From positions 682,001-746,000 of the forward strand of contig CBFFSA010000010.1 in the NCBI GenBank assembly GCA_965644495.1: a DNA stretch of 64,000 nt. The letters run 5' to 3'. Positions within the stretch are counted from its first letter, which is position 1; each line of letters opens with the position of its first letter. Source of the DNA: Perkinsela sp. CCAP 1560/9 (lineage: Eukaryota > Protista > Euglenozoa: Kinetoplastea). The notes beneath the pieces were generated by a model. That model was given only the letters and a program-made list of their open reading frames with translations. It searched no databases and had not been told where the DNA came from. The position numbers and the translations under genes were made by a program. Of the stretch, positions 23,668 through 35,661 are shown in pieces.

Positions 23668-24600
23668 ATTGCGGTGGTTGTAAAACTACCGCTCTACACT
23701 CGATTATTGATAAAAAAGTGAACAAAAACAGTGAAAATATAAAGAGGAACACAGTAATATAATAGAAGAAAAAAATATAAAAGGGGGCTCCGGTGGTCCA
23801 AAACTGAAAATTTTTTTTGAAAAAAATGGGGGGTCCATGGGGGGGGTCCATGGGGGGGGTCCAGGGGGGGGGTCCAGGGGGGGGGTCCAGGGGGGGGGGG
23901 GCATGGTCGAGCAAATTTTTTCGAAAAAATTAGTTTTCGAAAAAAAACCGCAGAAAGGGTAGCCGGGGTCTTGGCGCGCATTTTCCACCCCCCTACCCGG
24001 GGTTGACCCCCCCGCGTATCCGCAGGACGGGTCCGCCAAGTTCGGAATTTTTCGGAAAAAATTTTTTGAAAAAAATTTCAACTTGGCGAAAAAAATGACA
24101 AAAAAAATATTTTTCCAAAATCGTTTCCCCTATTGTATTTTGATAGTTTGGGACCTACACTAGCTTTCTACGCAGTTGTTTTCGCAAGGTATCACTTCTT
24201 CGAACTGTGGTGCGCCCCTCAAAATGACCCATTTTTGACTAAAAAAGGTGAAAAAGTATTTTTCGGACCTAAAGGGGCATTTTTGTGTCGAAAGAATGGT
24301 ATGGTTGGAGTCGCATTCTCTACCCAATACGTTCGGTAGGCTTTCATTCATGCCTGCGAGTGATTTCCCACGCGCAAATGTCGGATTTAGTGCTCTGAGA
24401 GCAAAAATATGCGAAAATGACCCCATTTGTACCCGAAATTCGGCTATTTTTGGCTATAATCTTTCCGTTTTCCCGGCTAAATTTTCTTTTTTAGGCTCTT
24501 CGTTAAACGCGGCGGTAGTTTTCAACGCGAAGCGCGCAGCACGAGTGACTTCTAAGTTGAAAGCAACCACCGCGTTTAACGAAGAGCCTAAAAAAGAAAT
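23668..24600 (-). mobile_element. Full-length reverse copy of the hairpin-ended repeat family
   Basis: Reverse complement of ~3145..4026, inserted into the 20-bp array. Confidence 0.75.
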
Positions 24601-25910
24601 TTTATCAATGTGCGGGCGCCGTGTCGTTAGTGGGAAGCAATTTGCGAAGCCCAACAATTCCACCATGCCCAACCCCTAGCAGAGAGATGACCTTGTTTAC
24701 CCGTCTGCATGATAAAAATGTGTGTCGTTAGTTAAAAGGGGCATTTTTGTGACGAAAGAATGGTGTGGTTGGAGTCGCATTCTCTACCCAATACGTTCGG
24801 TAGGCTTCCATTCATCCCTACGAGTGATTTCCCACGCGCAAATGTCGGATTTAGTGCTCTGACAGCAAACATACGCGAAAATCACCCCTTTTTTACCCGA
24901 AAATCGGCTATTTTTGGCCATAATCTTTCCGTTTTCCAGGCTAAATTTTGCATAAGTAAAGGAATCTTTTTTATACTCTTCGTTAAAAGCGGCGGTAGTT
25001 TTCAACGCAAAGCGCGCAGCATGAGTGACTTCTAAGTTGAAAACAACCACTGCGTTTAACGAAGAGCATAAAAAAGATTCCTTTACTTATGTATTATTCC
25101 TTTACTTATGCAATATTCCTTTACTTATTCAATATTCGTTGACTTCCACCGCTATTTTCGCCCTCCCCAAATTGACCAAAAAATGCGAAATAGTAATTTT
25201 GGTACCCAAAGGGGTCTTTTTGTGTCGGAAGAATGGTGTGGTTGGAGCTGCATTCTCTACCCGTTACGCTCTGTGGCGTTGAATTCATGCGTACGAGTGA
25301 TTTCGCACACGCAAATATCGGATTTGGTGCTCTGAGAGCAAAAACGTCCAGAAATCGACTGTTTCTAATACAGTGGTTTCAAGATATCTTCTCTCCCTGC
25401 GGAATTTTGAGTTTTTTTGTCTGTTTTTTTCTCATTTTCGCAGCATTGGATAGATCTCGTTTCTCTTCTGAAGCGCTTTGCTGCCCTTTTTTTGTAGGGG
25501 CCCCCTGGTACCCCCTGGGTCCAAAACACATGGTTTTAGACTTCCTTTCAAGGTTCGTATTTATCAAAAATCTGGTTTTGGCTGTTTTTCGTGTCATCAT
25601 ATGAGCACTAGGGAGTCCCTATCCAAACTATCACAACATCGAGACTAAAACTATTCGAACAGTACATAATGCCCTAAATAGAGAGCAACGAGGCTCTTAT
25701 GGAAAAAATATCCAGTTGCTACATGCATCATCCCACCTCGATCGAAAAAGGTCCTTCGAGTCTCTTTGAAACCGCGCAAAACCGTGCTCAGACCGCCCGA
25801 AACCGAGTTGAAACAGCACCCGCAGCCCCTCACTTATCAAAACTGGATTTTCGAACAGGGAATTAAATGAGGCTCCATCAAAAATGTCTGCAAGTGCTAC
25901 GTTGCAAAAA

Positions 25911-25982
25911 AGCCTACTACGAGGATTGAACTCGTGACCTTCGCTTTACAAGAGCGACGCACTACCACTGTGCTAAACAGGC
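25911..25982 (-). tRNA. tRNA-Thr (TGT)
   Basis: GCCTGTT acceptor, anticodon arm TCGCT-CTTGTAA-AGCGA, GTTCAA T-loop and T-run terminator. Confidence 0.93.
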
Positions 25983-26068
25983 CTAGGAGGTGTCTGGTGC
26001 AGCCTTGCTAACGTAAGAAGTTACGTAAAATTTCCATCCCACAGCAACGTGTCATACTCTCCAGGGAA

Positions 26069-26139
26069 GCGTTGGTGGTGCAGTGGCAACATGGTACCCT
26101 CCCAAGGTATTGACCCGGGTTCGATTCCCGGCCAACGCA
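26069..26139 (+). tRNA. tRNA-Gly (CCC)
   Basis: GCGTTGG/CCAACGC acceptor, GTACC-CTCCCAA-GGTAT anticodon arm and GTTCGA T-loop. Confidence 0.95.
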
Positions 26140-26162
26140 TTTTCGCTCGCACGGTCTAAAAA

Positions 26163-26234
26163 AGCCACGTGCGAGAATCGAACTCGCGACCCCCAGTTTA
26201 CGAGACTGGTGCACTGCCACTGTGCTAACGTGGC
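26163..26234 (-). tRNA. tRNA-Thr (CGT)
   Basis: GCCACGT/ACGTGGC acceptor and CCAGT-CTCGTAA-ACTGG anticodon arm. Confidence 0.95.
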
Positions 26235-26326
26235 CCTGAACCGGGTGCGCAGTACGTTTGTTTTACCCAGTTACATCTCTACGTATCTCTCCCGGGTACG
26301 CATCTCATTCGAACATACTGCAGTCA

Positions 26327-26409
26327 GGCAAGATGGCCGAGTGGTCTAAGGCGGGAGACTCAAGATCTCTTCCACCCTGTGGGCGAGGGTTCGAACCCCT
26401 CTCTTGTCA
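26327..26409 (+). tRNA. tRNA-Leu (CAA)
   Basis: GGCAAGA/TCTTGTC acceptor, TGGCCGAGTGGTCTAAGGC D-arm, CTCAAGA anticodon loop and long variable arm. Confidence 0.95.
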
Positions 26410-26575
26410 TTTTCGGGCAAGCATTACACGGCCGTTTACTGCCTGCAATTGAATCAGCGGCTGATTGTAAAGGGGGGGCGGATATACACTATCGTTCAGC
26501 TCTAAGCCCCCGCCCTTTATTTTTCGGTCGCTCGTCGGTTTGACCTAATTCCAGCGGCAAACGAGAGATTTGCCC

Positions 26576-27178
26576 CCGAGTTCTTGCCGTGCTAAGGCAT
26601 TTTTACCCTTTTGAGGAAATTTTTACCAGCTTTCTTTTTTTACGATGCGGGGGTAGTTACGACATCACCTCTGAACTTGCTGTTAAAATTTGGCCCAGGA
26701 TGGTCTGAACGCTCTTGTGTCGACAAAATACCGGCTTTTTTCAAGAAAATGTATCAGAATATGAAAGAATCTTGGTTGTCCCTTGACTCTGATATTCTTT
26801 TTCACGAAGCTAACACTGCATTTCCTTTCTGGGATAAAGATGTTACAGTGGCTTTGGACACTGTCCCTCTTTTTGTTGATAGTTTACCTCGTTGTTACCA
26901 GCCAAAGTACGCTACGCACGTAGTTAAGGCTCTCGTGGCGTGTACAATGTCAGGATTTGTTTGCTTCACATCTGACACTTTGTATTGTGGAGCATCTTCG
27001 GATGCAGTTATTCAAGATCACAGCGGGGTCCTCAGTTTTTTGTCGAAATGCAATCTTCGCGCTCTTGCGGATGGGGGGTTTTATGACAGTCGCACTAATA
27101 GGCTGATACTGCCTCATTCAAAGGAGCCTGTGCAAGTCTTGGTTGGCATGAATTGGCATAAGTTGGCATGAGTAGCCA
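26576..27178 (+). pseudogene. Truncated DDE_Tnp_4-like transposase fragment
   Basis: Almost identical in DNA to ~41385..42018 (ALDTVPLF, CGASSD, LADGGFY). Confidence 0.75.
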
Positions 27179-27217
27179 TATTTTTGTTGACAGTTTTTAT
27201 TGACAGTACCCTTTTAT

Positions 27218-27974
27218 ACCCATGGTGGGGAACGGTCAAAGTAAAGGAATATTGCATAAGTAAAGGAATAATGCATAAGTAAAGGAATAATGCAGAAGTG
27301 AAATTTTGACCCCCGACCCCCTTATATGAGATCTCTGATTCTGAAAAATAAATAGAAGCCATGTGGAGATCTACACTTATACTACCTAAGAACCCTGTCT
27401 TTTTCAAGTTTATGAACAAAGTTTGGCCAGACTAGAGACGAGACATTTGTTCCAAAAAAAATCTTTTTGGAAAATGGTCGGGTATACTATGCCTGGTTAC
27501 CGATTGTAAAATCAAAGTAAATATATATACGGGCTAGTTGGGTTCTAAATCTGTCACTATGCACTAGTTTTACATACAAGTAAGACTTTTCATATAGAGA
27601 GTAGGTCCGCCAAAACAGCGAATAACGGTCATTTTGGGCGATTTTCTCGAGAAATGCTCATTTTGGCCCGTTTTAGGCCACTTTTGGAGGGTCACCCCTT
27701 ATATCAAAGTGATGATTTCCCGGTGAGGCCCCGGAGTTGCGAGAGGCCTCCATACCCCACAACTACATGATATATTGTTAACGCATTCGAAATGATCACA
27801 GCCTTCACAGCTCCAGTTTACATCACTTTGCGACATCCAATAAAGCAAAAAAGCAATATTCCTTTACTTATGCATTATTCCTTTACTTATGCATTATTCC
27901 TTTACTTATGCATTATTCCTTTACTTATGCATTATTCCTTTACTTATGCAATATTCGTTGACTTCCACCGTGGG
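27218..27974. mobile_element. Foldback-like element with inverted ATTCCTTTACTTATGCATT arrays
   Basis: Arrays at 27240..27295 and 27853..27955 are in opposite orientation; CCCAYGGTGG-like ends. The same unit flanks the palindrome at 24950..25130. Confidence 0.55.
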
Positions 27975-28629
27975 GAACCACAGGCTGAGTTACCTCAACT
28001 CGGAGCGTACGACGCTCGCAATGCGCATTACGTTTGTTGAACGAAAATGCGTTGCTTCCACCACTTCCATCTCCAAAAAAAATATAAAGTTGATAAAAAA
28101 GGGGGGGAAAGTTACCATAAATTGTACAAGTTACCACAAATTGTACGCGAAAACTGGGTTTTCGAAAGTAGCCATAAAATGTACAAGTTACCCAAAAATG
28201 CATGAAAAAAAAAGAGAACGGGGAGGTGTTTTTCCTGGCACACGCACCCTTATAACGCATAAAACTCGCACCCTTATAATGCATAATGTAACCTGATAAT
28301 GTATAATGTAACCTGATAACGCATAATGTAACCCGATAATGTACCTGATAATGCATAATGTAACCGGATAATTGCGGTGGTTGTAAAACTACCGCTCTAC
28401 ACTCGATTGCGGTGGTTGTAAAACTACCGCTCTACACTCGATTATTGAAAAAAAAGTGAACAAAAACAGTGAAAATAAAAAGAGGAACAGAGTAATATAA
28501 TAGAAGAAAAAAATATAAAAGGGGGCTCCGGTGGACCAAAACTGAAAAAAAAATTGAAAAAAATGGGGGGTCCATGGGGGGGGTCCAGGGGGGCCCACTC
28601 GCACCCTTATCTGTCAGCATCGTTATCTC

Positions 28630-29140
28630 CCAGCATTGTTAACATCGGGAACGATACAGTGATTGGGAGTGTGATCTAATAGAAGGTACACGCCACAGTG
28701 GATACTTTCTTACCCTGGTTGAGCGCAAAAGTTGTTTCGGGATCCTGAAAAAGATATCATGCAAGAAATCGACTCTTGTAGCAGAGACTATCACCAGCGC
28801 CCTTCAAGGCTTTTTGGTACGGACACTCACATATGATAATGGAACGCAATTCGCGAAGCACGAGAGCGTAAATCGTTCCCTTAATTGCTCGTCGTACTTT
28901 TGTAAACGGTACGCGAGCTGGGAAAAGGGTGGTGTCGAAAATTTCAATGGCGTCGTCAGAGATTTCTACCCAAAGTCTCATCCTTTCAGTAATATATCCC
29001 AAGCAGACCTTGATTCCGTATCCAGCAATATCAATGCTCGACCGAAAGTGGTGCTCCAAGACCAGTCCCCATCTGAGTTTGTGCAAAACTTACGGAAAAT
29101 TCGACCGCAAATTCTCTTGGACAGCTCGCAGGAATCTTAA
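28630..29140 (+). pseudogene. 5'-truncated second IS30-family transposase
   Basis: RERYSDWECDLIEGTRHSG...YDNGTQF...WEKGGVENFNG; a diverged paralog of 11952..12953, followed by the same 101-bp repeats, hairpin (29647..29812) and inverted array. Confidence 0.9.
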
Positions 29141-30049
29141 ATCTCTTTTCGTGTGCGTGGGCTTCTTACTTCAAATATTGTGTCATAAAACACTAATTTC
29201 CTATGAAACTGTGCGGCCTTGTTTGTATTGGATATTTGCATTTCGTGTGCGTTCTTGCATTGAATGTCGTTTTCTTTACGTATATGGGCTTCAAAAGGTC
29301 TTGGCTTTATTACGGGTTGGGTATGGTGGAAAAGTTGGGCTCAGTCAGAAAAGTTGGGCTTCAGTCGTCTTGGCTTTGTAAGGGATTGGGTATGATGGAA
29401 AAATTGGGCTACGCAAATTGCTTCCCACTAACGACACACATTTTTGTCTTGCAGACGCGTAAACAAGGTCTTGGCTTTTCTAGGGGTTGGGTATGATGGA
29501 AAGGTTGGGCTTCGCAAATTGCTTCCCACTAACGACACACATTTGTGTCTCGCAGACGGGTAAACAAAGTCTTGGCTTTTCTAGGGGTCGGGTATGATGG
29601 AAAAGTTGAGCTTCGCAAATTGCTTCCCACTAACGTCAGACTCAGTGGCCCGGCCGGCCCCTCCGTGCGTTCGGCCTCTCATATTCCCCAAAACAACTAC
29701 CACCTTCCCCCCATTTATCAGGGGTCGCTCGCGCGACCCCGGCTAAATAGGGGGGGAAGGTGGTAGTTGTGGGATATGCAGGCCTCTCGCAACTCCGGGG
29801 CCTCACCGGGAGCAGGAATGAAATACTAGCGCTCTTTAACTTGTTTCTCCCCTCCACTTTTTTTCTTTTTAACTTATTTCCCCCCCTCCACTTTTTTTTC
29901 ATGGGGTCGATTTTTTTTCGAGGGGCGGTCACTTTTTTTTTGAGGGGCTCGCAAAAAATATGCATTATAAGGGTGCGAGTTTTATGCGTTATAAGGGTGC
30001 GAGTTTTTATGCATTATCAGTGGGACAATATGCATTATCAGTGGGACAA

Positions 30050-30680
30050 GATTATTGACACGGCCAACACGTCAAGCACACGCGGTTGTCCCTCCTGGAA
30101 TTTTATACTTCGAGAGGTCAGGAAACGAGGTTTCACCTGCAGCAGGCCAACTGTAGTATATTTTTTGAAGGACGCAGGGATAATCCAACGTTCTTTTTCG
30201 AAAGGCCTTTTTTTAACTGAATCTCATAAGGCCAAGCGACTAACCTTTGCATTGAAAATGCAGAAGTGGTCTGTCGCACAGCTTCGTCACATAATTTGGT
30301 GTGACGAAAAAAAATTCACTTGCCAGCTTGGACAGGAAAGCCGCTCGTACATTTGCAGAGCAAGTGACCCCCCGAAACCACCTCTAAAAGCTTCGCACAA
30401 GTGGTTTGGGGGGGATGGAGTGAACGTTTGGATGGGTATAAGCTTTATTTATGGAATTTTTTATCATGTTTTTCCAAACAGGGACAGTAATGGGAAAATT
30501 ACCATCACTTCAGATGTTTTTAAATGCGCGATGACAAAAAGAGGGGGTTTTTTAAGTTTCTTAAAGCGTCATAGCGGGGCCCGGGTTGCTACGGATAATG
30601 CTCCTTGCCACAATGGCAGTTTTAGAACCTTTAAAGAAAACGAAGTCGTTGTTTTGGACTTTCCCCCAAAATCCCCAGAT
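30050..30680 (+). pseudogene. Tc1/IS630-like transposase fragment
   Basis: LTESHKAKRLTFA, IIWCDEKKF, VWMGIS, TDNAPCH and FPPKSPD; truncated before the catalytic E. Confidence 0.8.
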
Positions 30681-33600
30681 AGGGCGATTAAGCACATCCA
30701 AATTGTTTGGATAGCCAACGAACGGCGAACAAAACGTAGTCAAAGACTATGTTCTGCACATCTGAGTGGCATATTCGGGGTGAAATCAGAGACTCTGAAC
30801 ACCTGGGTAGACTTCCTCTGTGAGCATAACCAAGTGTATGCTCAACTGAAAGAGGAAGGAAAAATCAACGTTGTTACCGAGCAACATTGTAGAGACGTTG
30901 TCTCACATCTTTGGGATAGATCCGTTTCCCAGGAGGGTGAAAACGCCATCAACAGTATGGTCACCCAAGCAGTGGCTTCCGATACGTCACATCGCGATCC
31001 TCGCGGTGAGATCACACGAGCTTTTGTAACCGATCACTGCCCTGTAAGCAATGCGCCGGCGGGTGCGCAAATTACGCACGCCGTGGCGATGCAACTGAAA
31101 CAAAAAGAAGGTTTACTCAATGAGTATATCGACATGGAAACATCTTGCTCGGAGCATTTCCGACTCTGATGCAAAAGTACCCTTTTAAGGGTTCTACGTT
31201 TGAACCATATGAAATCAAGACAATTCTAGAGCAATCGGATTCCCGATTTGCAAAGAATGCTGGATTCATATTTTACTGCTACGATGTGCTTCGGCGCCGT
31301 GCAGTCTCATCAGCGGTAGTGCAAAATCTGAAGTATAACAAAGATATGCACAGAAGCCTCGTTAATTTTTGCAATGCTGATGCTTTCTATCACATTGTAC
31401 AACAGGCTATAAGGAACCCAAACAGTTCCGAGGCGAAACTTCTGGAAACAAAGTTTCTGCCATTTGTGCAAATATGCGCAAAAACGATACCCTTTTCGCC
31501 AGCAAAGCGAAAGGCATCACAAGGTCAGATCTACGCCTTATGCAGGCGATACGGACTGCCAACTTACTGGATCACAGTGAGTCCAAACATGAACGATAAC
31601 GTTCTAGCTCTAAGAATCATCACTAATGATGAGAGCGAAAAAATGCAGGAAATGCGGGCCAACCTTCTCAAGCGATCTGAGCTTGTGCAAGGGAATCCCG
31701 TCAGATCCACCAGCATTTTCGAACGGCAAATCCGTACTCTTCTTACCGAATTGTATGGAATGTCGAATGTAGATGAGGTAAAGAAGGAACGTGACGTTCT
31801 TAAAGGCCTCTTTGGTCGACCTCGAGCATTTTTTGGTGTCGTAGAATGCCAGAAAAGAGGTGCGCTACACTTTCATAGTGTGCTATGGACGAATCTTAGT
31901 CCACACTACGTCTTCGAATGAATTCACATTGTGAAGGAGCACGATGGTCTCGCGAAGTCTTTGGGTACGACGATGCGCTCTGATCTGCCCGAGTGGGCGC
32001 AAAGTTCAGTAAGGAGCTTTACGGCCCTGCAACGCCCGACGATGTATCGCGGAGGACTACATATCATTCCTGATGAAAAAGATGATTATTTAAGGGAACA
32101 TGTGGCCAAATGTGCTGTTGATGTTCAGCAGCACGTTGGTCACAGACCCATGTGTTTCAAAATGAAAGGAAATATAAACAAGAACAAATGCCGATATGGC
32201 ATTGCATCCGTACAATCTGTACTTCATGAAAATGAAACGGAAGTTAGAGAGGTTGAGGTTCAGATGGATGAATCTGGACAACCGGAATTCTGGCTCAAGC
32301 CTCCAACACGGCCGATTAAAAATGATACCATTTGGTCAGTACTTGATGAACGGTCTCTGATTGTGCTTCTGCGCAATAACCAGGACCCGACACAAGACAC
32401 TAAACGGGGATCCATCATCGTTCCGTACAATGAGACACTCACTGCTTGCGTAAGATGCAATACATGTGTAGTTTTCATTGGAAGCGAAGGCCCCGGCATA
32501 AAAATTATGCAATATCTCATAAAATATATGAGCAAGGACATTGGTCCACCTGTGTACATTGTACCAGCACTTCGCGCAGCCAATGACCACCTTCGAAGGG
32601 GTCTGAATTCAGAGCACAGAGTGCAAACTGGCATTCCGATGGCACGCTTACTTTTACAGAAATTGTCGAACATGACACATCGAAAGAGAATTGTCGAATA
32701 TGACACATCGGAAGCTTCAATCGAAATGGCAACTGCCTTTTGTCTCGGCCAACCCTCCGAGTACATGAGCCGTACTTCACATGGATCAATGTGAACCTGT
32801 AATGAAGTTCCTGGCAAACATCTCAAGTGAGTCAGATCACAGAGATCTAGAAATCAGTGACGATGATTCGTCACAAGACTCTGATATAGAGTTCGACAAC
32901 GGTATGGTAGAGCTCTAATGATCACCGAACATGATTGTGCAGTTCTTGCACCACTCCATGTGCGTTACATGCACAGGGGCGAAGACCTTCAAGACCTTGA
33001 CCTGTATTCCTATGCAGGCATTGTCAGCGTAAAGAAGAAAAGAGCTGAGCTAGCTCAAGAAGAGCCCGATCGTGATTAAGATTTTGAGTCAGGGACAAAT
33101 CGAAGACGTCGTCGCGGACGTCGTGCTAATGGGAGATACGCCTTTGAGGACATTGACGGCCTCCCGGAATTTGAGCCTGGAGATATTGTTGAGCAACAGT
33201 TGCCTGCTCTTTGCACACTGTGCCAGCTGTACCAGGTTTTCCCATATTGAGTTCTTCAAAAGAACCTGGGACACAAGCTCGAAGCCAGCTTCGAGTAGCG
33301 AAACACATGGTGGCATTGTTTTCCCCATGGACGAAAGGCTCACCGAGCCATGAAATGACCCCAGAAGGGTTTGAAAAGCTTCTCAATGAAGCGAAAGTAA
33401 ATACGCCTGGAAAGTATGACACAATGTGCAACTTTCTTCGGCTTTTACATGCTTCGAAGAATACAGAGAACGCGGCAGATTTGTATCGACGCAAAGATGC
33501 TTGCACTCTGGAAGAAGCAGTATTAGCACGGAACATTGCGTACGAAAATGAGCTTGAAGTGCGCGAGGTTGAACCTCATCTTCAAGATACTCTTGAAGCA

Positions 33601-33920
33601 CAGCAGAACACTGCAGTGGTCAATGAAGAGCGATTGGTTCAGCAGAATGCATACTGCGAACTACAAACGCGAGCTTTAACGGCCGCGTTAGGAGGTTCTA
33701 CTGAGAACTCCTCTGAAGAAAATGTTGATCTTGCATCGACAAGGACAAGGACGAGGTCCAATATTTCAGTCATAAATGCGCGAAAGCGCTATGCTGAAAT
33801 GATTCAAAACGAACGACTTGCAACTTCGGCTCAATCTGAGCCAAGTGCACCTGTGGACAGAGCTCATTTTAAAGAGGATCGTCCACTGGCTCGCAGTAAT
33901 CAATACGAAGAGATTACGTT
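30681..33920 (+). pseudogene. Helitron Rep (HUH endonuclease) region, disrupted; helicase absent
   Basis: Rep motifs YGLPTYWITVSPN, VVECQKRGALHFHSVLW and YLIKYMSK, spread across frameshifted or stop-interrupted ORFs. Confidence 0.85.
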
Positions 33921-34413
33921 CCGACCCAAAAAGACCCCTTGGGTTCCGAAAATTACTTTTTCGCTTTTTTTGGTCAAAAATGGGTCATATTGGGAGGCGT
34001 ACCACGGCTTCAAGAAGCGACACCTCGCAAAACCAATGGCGTAGAAAGCTAGAATAGGTCCCAAACTATAAAAACACAATAGGCGAAACAACTTTGGAAA
34101 AATATTTTTTTACCATTTTTTTCGTCAAGTTGAAAATTTTTTCAAAAAAGTTCCGAAAATATCTAAACTTGACGGACCCGCCCTGCGCATACCAGGGAGG
34201 GTCACCCCCGGGTAGGGGGGTGGAAAATACGCGCCAGGACCCCGGCTATTTTTTTGAAAATTCCGAATTTTTTTGAAAATTTTTGGACCACCGGAGCCCC
34301 TTTTATATATTTTTCTTCTATTATTACTGTGTTCTTATTTATATTTTCACTGTTTTCGTTCACTTTTTTTTCAATAATCGAGGGTAGAGCGGGAGTTATA
34401 CAACCACCGCAAT
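33920..34413 (+). mobile_element. 3' part of the hairpin-ended repeat family, joined to the Helitron Rep
   Basis: Diverged homolog of 3448..4028, ending GCGGGAGTTATACAACCACCGCAATA. Confidence 0.7.
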
Positions 34414-34820
34414 AATCGAGGGTAGAGCGGCGATGAATATTCAGCTTTATACAGCTTTATTCCCCCCGAGCTTTTAGTGTCGAATTCAATTGAACGTTGA
34501 CATACAAGTGAACGTTGACACACACTTGTTTGTATTATTCTCATTTTTCAAAGTGCATTCTCATTTTAGCCAGTTGTACGTTGACAGCCCAATTCTCATT
34601 TTTAGCGACTCTCAGAATAGTGGCATTTACTGTAGTTGTACAATTACCGCAAATTATGTATGCGCATTTTACCCTTGTACAATACACTTCACCTCAGCCC
34701 AGTTGTACAATTGCGCGAAAATTACTTTCGCAAGCTTACAGTGTTTAGCTGACAGTCCGAATCTAATTTTTCATGGCTATCTCTAATGGCTCTTGAACAA
34801 ATGTGAAAACGTCAAAGCGA

Positions 34821-35396
34821 TTATTCTTTAATCCATGAGTCGGGAATCCCCCAATAAGCATCTTGAGGAATTACGTTTCTGGAGACTGTACCCTTTAGAG
34901 CAGGGTTATTCAGTAGGTCGAAACCTGACGCGGTTTTTGCAAGAGATGAATGTTGAATGCTTAAAAAGTCGACATGACCGCTGAAACGACAACTCGACGC
35001 ATTCAAAACAGTAACCGTGGGAGGAAGATCTTTAAAATGCAATTCTCCGCTAAACAAATTTTCACCAATCCACATTCTCTGCAATCCCCGGGGTAGCGCA
35101 GAAAAATCTACGTTGCCGCAGAGCTGGTTGTTATGAATGTTCAACAAAATAAGTGATTGGGGTAGATGTTCCCAATGCAACACACCACGTAACTGTCGAG
35201 AACTCCAATTGATTTCAGTAACATCACCCTTATCGTTGCACTTCACTCCATCCCACTCACAGGCAGGCGTAGCAGTACTCCATGAGGGATACGGATTTTC
35301 AATTTCACTAATGAATTTGGCAAGGTCGTACTCTAATGGTAATTTCATGCCCCTGACTTTACCTGCACGCGAAGTTGAAATCACAGAAATATCCAT
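34821..35396 (-). CDS. Short LRR protein, family copy 3
   Basis: SRAGKVRG..LPLEYDLAKFI, CEWDGVKC and LRRs; first ATG at 35396. Confidence 0.88.
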   Translation of the reverse strand: MDISVISTSRAGKVRGMKLPLEYDLAKFISEIENPYPSWSTATPACEWDGVKCNDKGDVTEINWSSRQLRGVLHWEHLPQSLILLNIHNNQLCGNVDFSALPRGLQRMWIGENLFSGELHFKDLPPTVTVLNASSCRFSGHVDFLSIQHSSLAKTASGFDLLNNPALKGTVSRNVIPQDAYWGIPDSWIKE

Positions 35397-35661
35397 CCTT
35401 TTCGCCAAAACAGTATAGGAAATCTTAGAAAACCTGAAATTTTAGTAAGAGTAGAAGAATTTTAGTTGGAACCAAAAGTACTAGTAGCTGTCCTACTATG
35501 AATAAGGCGAAGTGATTCGCTTTTTGACGATATTTCGTGACAAGCAAGATAAACAACATGAGTACAGCACCTCCTTTTTACTCTCGTTAATTGCGTAAAC
35601 CTAGTTGAGTAGCTAATATTTAACTAAACAACAATTTACCAACATTATTTTTTTCTTCCCT

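Larger units (their letters stand above)
22529..24620 (-). mobile_element. Non-autonomous derivative of the IS30-bearing element
   Basis: GT|GCCCACTCGCAC ... GTGCGGGCGCC|GT matches the ends of 11393..13932 in reverse. Contains inverted arrays, the hairpin (22777..22945) and one 101-bp unit, and is inserted into a 101-bp unit. Confidence 0.75.

Noticed and set aside
26410-26575. snRNA or 7SL gene beside the tRNA cluster
   Set aside because: One imperfect hairpin but no recognisable U-snRNA or SRP motif by eye.
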